Part shown: one piece after another, positions 1 to 9,090 of the stretch | How the letters are laid out: the number at the start of each line of letters is the position of its first letter | How positions within the stretch are numbered: the stretch's first letter is position 1 | NCBI RefSeq assembly: GCF_004010195.1 | Contig: NC_057718.1 | Location: forward strand, 85,206,377 to 85,226,376 | Origin: Chiloscyllium plagiosum | Taxonomy: Eukaryota | DNA: 20,000 bases | Direction of reading: 5' to 3' | Notes under the pieces: model-generated | What the model was told of the DNA's origin: nothing | The model's input: the letters and a program-made list of their open reading frames with translations, nothing else | Database searches by the model: none | Made by a program: the position numbers and the translations under genes

Positions 1-412
1 GCAAGGAGAAATTGTGTAAATTTGGCATATACTTCTTGGATGTTAGAAGAATGAGAAAAATTTTAAGGGGTTTGACAGGGCATTTGCTGAGAAAATGTTT
101 CCCTATTTGGGGAATCTGGAACTTGGTCACAATCTGAGAAGATAGAATCTCTTCGGATTATTTGTGACTGAGAATGATGGGAATTTCCCCGTCAAAATGT
201 TATGAGTTATAATCTGTAGATGCTCAATTATTGCTCATATATTCAAAACATACTAATAGGTATTCATTCAGAAAATGAATGAAGGGCTTTGGGGTTAGTG
301 CAGTTAGGTTGAAAAAGATGACCAGGCATGTTGCCAGGACCAGGCATCTTTTTGAATACCAGGGCAGCATAAAAGGGTCAAATGGCCTACTCTTGCTCCA
401 ATTTCTTATGCT
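1..412 (+). mobile_element. Degenerate CR1-type LINE 3' fragment (end of ORF2 plus 3' UTR)
   Basis: Decayed LG(I)Y(S)L(D)VRRMR...ILRGFDR...EKMFP-like coding at 20-105. The 3' end AATGGCCTACTCTTGCTCCAATTTCTTATG (~381-410) resembles the CR1 tail at 6191-6220. Confidence 0.7.
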
Positions 413-594
413 ATTATGACAGCCATATTACATTGATGTTGTAGTTTTGCAGTAAGTTAAGGTATTATAATTGTCTTCCTCTGCAATGAATGAATTTATT
501 AAGTAAAATTTGTGAGACATCATTGACTGATTTGGATGATACTGGATCTCACAGACTGACTGGGCCTCTGAGCAAAGGACAAAAAGAAATAAAG

Positions 595-767
595 GGTCGA
601 GAATGTCATGCTGGAAAAGCACAGCAGGCCAGGCAGCATCCGAGGAGCAAGAGAATCAATGTTTCAGGCATAAGACCTTCATCAGCAAAGGCTTATGCTC
701 GAAACGTAAATTCTCCTGCACTACAGTTTTGACTCTGATCTCCAGCAACTGCAATCCTCACTTTCCC
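595..767. mobile_element. Short Penelope-like (PLE) terminal-repeat insertion with inverted structure and a 15-bp TSD
   Basis: Inverted arms ~647-679 and ~687-719. Decayed hammerhead core on the minus strand (CTGATGA 685-679 ... GAAA 665-662). Flanks CAAAAAGAAATAAAG (580-594) and CAAATAGAAATAAAG (768-782) match 14/15. Positions 609-685 are homologous to 19647-19722. Confidence 0.75.
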
Positions 768-799
768 CAAATAGAAATAAAGCATTGATACAGCAAGTT

Positions 800-1018
800 T
801 AAGAATGTTAGGTGTACCAATGTGCTTTACAACCTATGCAGTACTTTTGAAAAGCAATGTAGAATTGACAGCAGCCAATTTGCACAGGGCAAGAATATAC
901 AAACAAGGAGATTATGACCAGGTTTCTGTTTTGTGATGTTGTTTAAGGAATAAGTATTGAATAGTCATCAAGGAGAATTCCCTTGCCCTTCTTTAAAATA
1001 GTTATGGGGAATCTTTAT
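800..1018 (-). mobile_element. DeuSINE-like (SacSINE1/AmnSINE1-type) central-domain fragment
   Basis: CAGCAGCCAATTTGCACA...TGACCAG...GTGATGTTG...GGAGAATTCCCTTGCCCTTCTTTAAAATAGT resembles the Deu domain in reverse orientation (recognised from memory). Confidence 0.55.
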
Positions 1019-1024
1019 TTTAAA

Positions 1025-1350
1025 TTATTCATGGGATGGTGATGATCACTGGCATGGCCAGCATTTGTTACTCATTTCCAATAACCCTTAAAAGGTCAGC
1101 CACCTTCTTTAATCAATGTCAACCATTTCTTGTATGTATATTTGTAGCACCGTTAAGAAGTTCAGGGTAGTTGACACAGCGACAGTGAAGGAATGTCAAT
1201 GCAGTTCCGAGTCAGGATAAAGTTCATAAAGGAGCTTCCAGGTAATGATGTTTCCTTACTTCAGCTGTTCTTGTCCTTTTAGGTAGTAAAGGTGCATTTG
1301 GAAGGTGCTGGTGAAGGAGGCTTGGCGAGTTGTAGACAGTACACATTATT
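1025..1350 (-). mobile_element. Old LINE 3' fragment, same family as 17570-19630
   Basis: GGCCAGCATTTGTT, GACAGTGAAG and GGAAGGTGCTG segments parallel 17600-17850. Confidence 0.55.
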
Positions 1351-1770
1351 TCAAAAGTGGGAATATTAGATTCACCAGTCTTTCATGAATATTTCTTCAT
1401 TAATTCTGATATAAATATTTGAAGGAATAATACCATACATACAAATCTACTAAAATATACTCTTGTCAAAGATGACATGTTGCTATCACTTCATTACCCA
1501 CATATTATACTATTACCAAGGGGTTTCAGTACATTTTCATTGATTAAAAATGGGAACTCTTGCTCCAAGGAGAATAAAAACCAGAAATTAGGTAAGAAGC
1601 ATTCTAACAATATTTATGTATTTATCCCAACTCTCCAAAGGAGCAATTCACTCACACCTTTGTTATGCCTTATTCCCTCAACTTAGAATATTATTTCAAA
1701 GTTTGTGAGAAGATTTGTAGCTCGGGTGCTCGTTGCTGTGGTTCTTTTCGCCGAGCTGGAAGTTTTTGTT

Positions 1771-1810
1771 GCAAACGTTTCGTCCCCTGTCTAGGTGACA
1801 TCCTCAGTGC
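1771..1810 (-). ncRNA. Minimal type I hammerhead ribozyme motif
   Basis: Minus strand reads GCA-CUGAGGA-U-GUC A CCU AGAC AGG G GAC-GAAA-CG-UU-UGC. This gives core boxes CUGANGA and GAAA, stem II (GUC/GAC, CCU/AGG), a 3-bp stem I (GCA/UGC), a palindromic AACGUU stem III region and a GUU cleavage triplet. Confidence 0.75.
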
Positions 1811-1882
1811 TTGGGAGCCTCCTGTGAAGCGCTTCTGTGGTGTTTCCTCCGGCATTTATAGTGGCCTCTCCCTGCCTCCCAA

Positions 1883-1922
1883 GCACTGAGGATGTCACCT
1901 AGACAGGGGACGAAATGTTTGC
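1883..1922 (+). ncRNA. Minimal type I hammerhead motif (second copy, one substitution)
   Basis: GCA CTGAGGA(1886-1892) T GTCACCT AGAC AGGGGAC GAAA(1912-1915) TGTT TGC. A C>T change at 1916 (CpG decay) breaks the AACGTT palindrome. Confidence 0.65.
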
Positions 1923-2574
1923 AACAAAAACTTCCAGCTCGGCGATTAGAATATTATTCCTTTTCAAATAGGCTATGAATACTACCAATGACATCTCTGG
2001 ATGGCACAAAATAAGACATATGAACAAAGAGCAACCAATGTCATTTGGAAGCAATAAAAAGCAGTTGCCAGTCTCAAGGATGGGGCTGCTGGAAGTGTGT
2101 GTAATAGGATAAGGAATCAGGTGCTGTGAATCATGTTCTGGACCAAGTGTGAGTAACGGGGGTCAGATTGTAAGGCCTTTGAAAGGCAACTAAAGGTTAG
2201 CACTATTCCAGCAGCTATCCTTTGGTAGGAACACAAACTTGAATGAGAAGATTCTTAGATAGGAAGGCAAATGCAATTTTTAAAAAAATATATAGTTTTA
2301 TTAAAAAAAGGAATTTTTTCTTTTGAATATTACAACGAATACAAAAGCAAACAATTCAAACCAATATTAAAAAACAAACCCACAAATTACACAGATAAAT
2401 AAATAATAACTAAGCTAAAATTGGAAAATCTTAACAATAATAATAACAATCATAATACAGTTCAGCGAAACAAACCAATAGCCCTCGATCATCGAGCACA
2501 TAAGTTTATATATATTCATATGTTCATAGTTCCTCCTCACTGGATACCAGATTCATGACATAGAATTGTCATGG

Positions 2575-4760
2575 CTATATAAAGGCTCTTATTAGTATGC
2601 CGGACAAATCTGTACCCAGGTAGTCCAAAAAGGGCTGCCATGTCTTATAGAAATTCTCAGTCTTATAGTGCACCATACTCATAAGAAAGTCCAAAAGAAT
2701 GTGCTCCATGACTACCTTATGCCAACCCGCCAGCCCCGGAAAATTTTCCGACATCCACCCGAATAGAATGTTCTTTCTTGCACAAAGAGTGATGATACTG
2801 AAAATCTTTTTCTCATGTGCATCTAATGAAAGCGAATTAACAAAACCAAGAAGAAGAGATACCAGGTCCATCTCCACCTCTGTCCCCAAGGCCTTGTCTA
2901 TTTCACCTACCACAGCTGTCCAGACAGCCCGCAGTCTGTGGAATGACCAAAAACAATGAATAAGCGTGCCAATGTTCATTTTACATTTAGGACACATTGG
3001 AGATGCTCCCTCTTTAAATTTAGTGAGGTGGTCTATGGCCAAATGGTCCCTGTGGAGTATCTTCAATTGCAAGACATGGGTCCTGTTGCAAATCAAGATC
3101 CTTCTTGCATTTTCCCAGATAGCCTCCATATTTCAGAAAGGATCTCAATGTCGAATTCCCACTCCCATACCCGACAGAGCAGTTCTGTCTCATCCGAGGG
3201 ACCCTCTCCCAGTAGATGATAAGCATTGCTAACAAATAACCTACCCTTAGCACTCAACACCCTTAGAAGGGTGGTCTCTTTTCGTATGAAATTTCTAATT
3301 TGAAAGAAACGAAAGAGGTCCCTACTGGGCAATTCATATTTCCGAATCAACTCGTCAAAGGACATCAATACTGTCCCCTTCGAATAAATCACCCAGGAAC
3401 AACATGCCCCTAGCTGCTCACAGTTTAAACCCAGAGTCCATCAGCCCAGCTAAAAGCACAACACACCAACTATGGGTGTAAAAAATGATGTTTTAGCAAT
3501 ATTACCCTGATACTTTGCCCTCCATGCCTTGACAGTACTGATGACTATTGGGCTATAGTAATATTCTTTAACTGTTGTCATTTTGTCTAAGAACAGCATG
3601 CTAATAAGGGGGCATCTTGCCAGAGATATTTCGATGTCCAACCAAAGTGAGTGAGGGTCTCCCTGGGCCCAATCTTTCACGTGAGATAGCAACGAGCTTA
3701 ACTGATAGTTTTTGATATCTGGAAGGCCCACTCCTTCCAATCCTAAGGTAACTGCAATTTAGTCAATTTAATTAGGGGCAACTTGTGATACCAGTTAAAA
3801 GAACTGAACCAGCCATTCAGTCTTCTAAATATTTGCTTAATAAAAAGCAGATGAGGCATTCGCATAGGATTCAACAGGCAGAGCAAAAGGTTCATTTTAG
3901 TGAGGGCTACCCGATCTAACCAAGAAGTGCCTCCCACCTACGAAGGTCCTGCTTGATTCTGTCAAATAAATGGGGAAAATTGGTTTTAAATAGTCGATTA
4001 AGAACGGGAGTAATAAATATACCAAAGTAGAGAAAGCCCTTCTGTGATCATCTAAAGGGGAACTGAGATCCACTCGCAGGATCAGGCACTCTTGTGAGAC
4101 CACCCATGGGCATGGCCTCTGATTTCACAACATTTATCTTATAATCCACAAAGCAACCAAATAAATTGATGCATTGTATCAGTTATGGCCCTGAGACTGT
4201 CGGGTTTGATAAGAAGACAAGAACGTTATCTGCATACAGTGCGATCTTATGTGACTTCATCCCCACTTCTGCAGCGGTTATATTGGGATCCCTATGTATT
4301 GCCTCCGCCAGCGATTCAATCACCAATGTGAAAAGCAATGGTGACAAGGGACAGCCCTGTCAACTGCCCCTACGAATATTAAAATTGCTTGACCATAAAT
4401 CATTGGTGAGGACCGCAGCAAGAGAATCATGATACAAAACCTCCACCCACCTGATGATGGTCTTTCCCAGGCCGAATTGCTTTGAAGTATGAAAAGAATA
4501 TGGCCACTCAACCCTGTCAAATGCCTTTTCCGCATCTAAGGAGAGATCACCAATCCCTGTACCAATCGCTGTTGACATACTTGGATCATGTTAAGTAATC
4601 TCCTGACATTATCCATCAATCTGTGACCTTTTATGAATTCTGGTCCTCCTTAATGATAGGACCAGAATTCATAAAAGATAGGATTTTGAAGTTGACATTC
4701 AGAAGTGACTTGGGCCTATAGGAAGCACAGTCCTCTGGGGCCTTCCTTTTTTTAAGAATC
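2575..4760 (-). pseudogene. L1 ORF2 remnant (RT plus C-terminal zinc knuckle; frameshifted, no endonuclease domain)
   Basis: ILKKGRPPEDCASYRPKSLLNVNFKIL from ~4760, DAEKAFDRVEW, YADN at 4236-4225 (degenerate YADD), CPKC-x8-H-CFWSF near the C-terminus, stop at 2577-2575. Confidence 0.85.
4628..4677. repeat. Perfect 20-bp inverted repeat with 10-nt loop
   Basis: CTTTTATGAATTCTGGTCCT (4628-4647) and AGGACCAGAATTCATAAAAG (4658-4677). Confidence 0.95.
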
Positions 4761-5489
4761 TCCTCTTGACGCCATCATAGGACTTACTTTTCTGGAGTAC
4801 TTCCGCCGAGAAGTCTTGAAAAAAACATGACTCTGGAGCCACAAAATAACAATGCCCTTGGGTCCTTCCCCTGTGCTATAGAGGGTTCCATGACCCTCTG
4901 CTTATCTTTGTAATGATGGAACTTTACCAGGACAGGGTGTGGGCACTGATCCGTACCTGACTTTCGTGTCATGATCCTGTGGGCTCTTTCAATTGTTATC
5001 CTTATCTTCTCAACCTCCAAACTAAGGAATTCTGGGAACCACTTCTTGAAGAGCTACACCGGTTGCTCACCTTCTGTCCCCTCCGATATGCAAATAATGT
5101 GCAGGTTCTTTCTTTTGCCCGTTTTCAGAAATCACCTAGCCGATCCAACAGACCGCGGACTGCGTTTCCAGGGCTTCAATCTGGCTCTCGGAGGAGTCAG
5201 TCTCTGCCTCTACCCCCGCAGTCCCGCACTTGAGTTTATCGGTCATTTTTCCCAGGTCTTGCAGCATAGCAGATACAGGAGCCAGCTCCTCTTAGATTTT
5301 TTTGTGGATCTGCCTCCCCAGGACCTCGTGAGATTTGGCCAGCTCCTCAACCAGGGTCTGGTGAGTAAGCAAGCTCACTGCTTCAATGGTTTGGGCTGTG
5401 TGCCCTGGGCGAGCTTCCACCTTTTTTCTCTAGCTGCAAAAATTGATTTTTTTTCAGGTTTCTAGCTCCTTTACTGTATTTTTACTCAT
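4761..5489 (-). pseudogene. L1 ORF1 remnant (RRM / Transposase_22-like), C-terminally truncated
   Basis: ATG at 5489 (MSKNTVKE). RKNLHIICISEGTEGEQPV*LFKKWFPEFLSLEVEKIRITIERAHR...PHPVLVKFHHYKDKQRVME, with stops and frameshifts. Confidence 0.8.
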
Positions 5490-5592
5490 AGTGAAGTGTA
5501 TGGGAGGGGTTCCAGCGCTGTCAGGTTGGTTTTGCAGTGTGATGCCCAGCAAACGCGATCCTAACATGACGCTGCCAGCTTGGATTGCCGCA

Positions 5593-6222
5593 CAAATACA
5601 ATTTTGGCATTTATTTTGAGAGGATTTGAATATAAAAGCAGGGATGTACTTCTGAGGCTTTATAACGCTCTGGTCAGACCACATTTGGAGTATTGTGTGC
5701 AGGTTTGGGCCCCATTTCTCAGGAAGGATGTACTGGCCCTGGAGTGTGTTCAGAGGAGGTTCGCGAGAATGGTACTAGGACTAAAAAGCTTAAGATGTGA
5801 AGAACATTTGAGGACACCGGATTTATACTCGATGGAGTTTAGAAGGATGAGGGGGGCATCTAATTGAAATATTTAAAAAACTGAATGGTCTGGACACAGT
5901 AGATGTTGCGAAGATGTTTCCATTGGTAGGAAAGACGAGGAACCGAGGGCATAGCCTTAGGTTAAAGGGAAGACTTTTTAGAATGGGGAAATGAGAAACG
6001 TCTTCAGCCAGAGAGTGGTGAATCTATGGAACTCATTGCCACAGAAGGCTGTGGAGGCCAGGTCATTGAATATATTTAAGATGGAGATTGATAGGTTCTT
6101 GAGTATTAATGGTTACAGCGAGAAATTGGAAGAATGGGGTTGAGAAACTTATTAGCAATGATTGAATGGCAGAGCAGACTCAATGGGCTGAATGGCCTAA
6201 TTTCTGCTCCTATGTCTTATAG
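5593..6222 (+). mobile_element. 5'-truncated CR1-type LINE (ORF2 C-terminus plus 3' UTR); its 5' stub lies at ~2258-2280
   Basis: NTILAFILRGFEYKSRDVLLRLYNALVRPHLEYCVQVWAPFLRKDVLALECVQRRF...EFRRMRG, with tail AATGGCCTAATTTCTGCTCCTATGTCTTAT. Confidence 0.92.
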
Positions 6223-7489
6223 GGTCATCTGGTTGCAGAAAGGCCTCTTTCCAGACAACAAGTGGCATGGCGAGAGCAAAGGCTGAGGGGATCTACTCCA
6301 TAGACCCAATCAGTAAGAAGTTTTTTTTTCTTATCCCCAGCCTTTAGAGCATCTCTAGGCTCTTTTGCTCCCTCACCCTCAGCCTGGTGATGGCAATGGC
6401 ACAAGTGCAGACACATGCGAGTATAATGTTCTCAGACACATGCTGCCTATTGTGGCTATCCTACGTCATGTGCCTCATTTGCACATGTGCAGGGGTCATT
6501 TGGGCATTATGAATAAATGCTCCATTTCAAATAATCATCAAATTTTCCACTGGATGCGTGGATTGAATATGCCTTCAGCACACTTTCAGTAGGACGTTCC
6601 AACCACCCCAAATTGCTTCAGGAGCACAGTAATTTTGTAAAAAATTACATCCAACCTAAGAAAGTGATTAAAAACCGAAGGGCTGGAGGTACCCAATGGG
6701 TTATCGACAGCTTTTTTGAGATAGGTAGAGAGGTATGATGAGCAAATGAAACAGATTGTAAAGGTGCTCATAGTTTATGACAATGGGATTGCTAAAAACA
6801 CAATTTTATAGCCCTTGCAGTTCTCAGTGTGAGAAACAAAAGCTCACTCACTTTAATAATTTCAGTCTGAGACCAAAAATCTGAAACAGAGTCGTTTATT
6901 TGTACACTTGCTAGTGGGTGCCATGTCTAATGCCAGGTAAGGCAATGACAAATGCACACCAAATCCAACAAACTCTAGTTTGAATTCCCATATGTTTTCC
7001 TTATTCCATTGTTTGCCCCCATCCTCCGCGTACGTCATTCAGTTCCTTAAGACTGATCCCACAACTTCTGTTTATCGGGCCTTGTCCGTGACAAATGTCT
7101 ATCTCTGCCTCCCCCATAAGGTTGTTTGATGTCATCCCATCCTTTGCTTACCATTATCTACCCCCTCCATCTGGCTGCCCCTCACAGCATCTTATCACTA
7201 AGCCCTTTTAATTGGGGTTTGTTCCTGTGTCTCTGTACAAGTGGGAAACAGATGTTTATAAAGGCCTCTTTTCACAGCATTTTATCCAGTGCCTATATTT
7301 CTACCATTGTTCTGTAATCACGTCTCATGCTAACATACCATTTTGTAACGGATGATATATTTCCTCATTCTTGCTAAGTCAACTCTCGTCCGAAACAATC
7401 CCAAACTAATGTGAATTCATTTACTCTGTATCAGAACTTATAATTGCAGAAATAACATTAATTCACCTATATCCCACATGAGTAAGTTA

Positions 7490-7605
7490 TATCGTTTCAG
7501 TCAAACTGTTTCTCTCTTCATAAATGCTTCCAGGGCTGACAGATTTCTTCATCACCTTGGTTTTGTTTTCCGATGTCTAGCATTAGCAGTATTTTGCTTT
7601 TATTT
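7490..7605 (+). mobile_element. Highly decayed Penelope-like 3' terminal repeat
   Basis: AACTGTTTCTCTCT..ATGCT.CCAG..CTG...TCTAGCATTAGCAGTATTTTGCTTTT resembles the PLE tail (compare 737-765). The hammerhead core is not recognisable. Confidence 0.4.
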
Positions 7606-8109
7606 AAAAAAAAGAAATATTAGGGGCAATGCAAAAAAGTCGTGGTGGCTATGAAGGTGAATGTTGACAATGGAGAAATTAAACAGCAGAGGTTGGAAAG
7701 GGATAAAGGATGGGAGGATGTGAAAGAAGCATTGGGAAAGGGAGCATCAGAACGAAGAACGGCTAGAGAGAGGGAGGGAGAGAAAAAGGGAGGGAAGGTG
7801 AGGATGGAGAAGTGAGAGGGAGGGGGGGAGGGTAATAAGAAACAGCTTGACTGGAAATCTTTATACAGTAATTATTCGTTGTTCAGCGGGTGATCTAAAG
7901 CCTTAGTAAAAGTGACACGCAGAGGTTTGGGAGGGAGAGCTTCATGGCTGACAGTCCCGAGATAGCCAGGGCAGGAGAGCTGGTTATAGATCTGGAAAGG
8001 GTCACTAGAAATTATGACCGATAAGTTTTCAATCACGAACAGGCATGTTTGTTAAAGTTCCACCTATTTTTTTCTGAAACCCACTTTTTGTTTACACCAA
8101 GATTACTGC

Positions 8110-8277
8110 AAAGCTGGCGGATTCTTCAAATGGCACCACTCGGACGGCGGCGAGCACGTGGCGGAAGTCACGTGCACTCGCGCGACGCCAGGGCGGGAAA
8201 GTGGCTGAGATCGTTTGAAAACAACAGTTAGGCGGGAAGCGCGAGGGCGCGGAGGGTGCGGCGCCGTTAGCCGTCAA
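8110..8277 (+). promoter_or_regulatory. CpG-island promoter / 5' UTR with cell-cycle-type motifs
   Basis: High CpG density against a CpG-poor background. CACGTG at 8155-8160 and 8169-8174, ETS GCGGAAGT 8161-8168, palindrome TCGCGCGA 8178-8185, E2F GGCGGGAA(A) 8192-8200 and 8231-8238, CHR TTTGAA 8214-8219 with inverted TTCAAA 8125-8130, MYB YAACKG on the minus strand at 8225-8230 and 8264-8269. Confidence 0.8.
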
Positions 8278-8286
8278 ATGGTGAGT
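8278..8286 (+). other. End of putative first exon: ATG immediately followed by splice donor GTGAGT
   Basis: ...CGTCAA ATG|GTGAGT is a strong 5' splice site at the 3' edge of the CpG-dense block, followed by G-rich sequence typical of an intron 1 start. The gene cannot be identified. The Kozak -3 base is C (weak). Confidence 0.7.
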
Positions 8287-8493
8287 GCTACCTTGACGGC
8301 TACCTACCTTTCATCACCTCAACGGAGAATCCGAGCCGCCAATATCGGAGATCCCCAAGGCATCGGGGGAAAGGAGGCAGTGCGCAGGGGGGTGGAGATG
8401 TGGCAGGAGGCAGTGGAACAGGTTGGGAAGGAGGTGGTGGAGCGGGTGGGGACAGTCAGGGGAGGAGGCGGTGGCTGGTGACCGGGGAGGAGG

Positions 8494-8767
8494 NNNNNNN
8501 NNNNNNNNNNNNNNNNNNNNNNNNNNNNNNNNNNNNNNNNNNNNNNNNNNNNNNNNNNNNNNNNNNNNNNNNNNNNNNNNNNNNNNNNNNNNNNNNNNNN
8601 NNNNNNNNNNNNNNNNNNNNNNNNNNNNNNNNNNNNNNNNNNNNNNNNNNNNNNNNNNNNNNNNNNNNNNNNNNNNNNNNNNNNNNNNNNNNNNNNNNNN
8701 NNNNNNNNNNNNNNNNNNNNNNNNNNNNNNNNNNNNNNNNNNNNNNNNNNNNNNNNNNNNNNNNNNN
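8494..8767. other. Assembly gap (274 N)
   Basis: Run of N flanked by G-rich low-complexity sequence. Confidence 1.
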
Positions 8768-9090
8768 TGGAGGGGGTGCAGGGCTGTGTGTGGGGTTGGT
8801 GGGGGAGGGTGCGAGGGCATGGAAGGGGTGGGGTGGGGAAGGCGGCCAGTGTGAAAACAGAGAAATTAAAGAGAGGTGGGGAAGGGATGGGAGCGTGTCA
8901 GAGGATTACTGGTAAAGGGAGGAGCAGAATGAAGAGAAGGAAGATGAAGAGCAGAGAGGGGGCGAATAGCCCTAACTTTATACAGTACTTTAAATGAGCC
9001 ATTTGATTTAATTATGATTTTCACTCACCAGCTGCCGTGCTTCACCTTTTATATTCATTTTGATGTTTACAAATTCAGGTCTGTTATAGA

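Larger units (their letters stand above)
1696..1945. mobile_element. Young 250-bp Penelope-like insertion with a 70-bp inverted repeat and a 13-bp TSD
   Basis: Arms 1748-1817 and 1876-1945 are reverse complements at 69/70 positions. TTAGAATATTATT is duplicated exactly at 1683-1695 and 1946-1958. There is a TATAAA on the minus strand at 1860-1855, and each arm contains a hammerhead motif. Confidence 0.85.
2281..5592 (-). mobile_element. L1-clade LINE, 5' end retained but internally deleted and decayed
   Basis: ORF1 remnants (RKNLHII..EGTEG, IERAHR, PVLVKFHHYKDK) and ORF2 remnants (YRP.SLLN, SLDAEKAFDRVEW, QGCPLSP, YADN, GVGLPD, zinc knuckle). AT-rich 3' UTR with AATAAA at 2302-2297. TSD CAAAT(G/A)CAATTTT at 2268-2280 and 5593-5605. 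Confidence 0.9.

Noticed and set aside
1696..1945. Inverted repeat as a DNA-transposon MITE or pre-miRNA
   Set aside because: The arms are not both terminal (52 extra bp on the left), the TSD is 13 bp, and the arms contain hammerhead cores, all of which favour a Penelope-like origin.
4971..5465. 164-aa + strand ORF
   Set aside because: It is the antisense shadow of L1 ORF1, with no recognisable protein features.
6238..6592. Apparent exon signals (TTGCAG acceptor, GTAAGA donor, polypyrimidine-CCCCAG at ~6340) and a 75-aa ORF
   Set aside because: The implied intron is only ~28 nt, the translations are unrecognisable, and it lies upstream of the + strand promoter.
8314..8915. Long ORFs of 143-171 aa
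   Set aside because: Artefacts of reading through N runs and G-rich low complexity.
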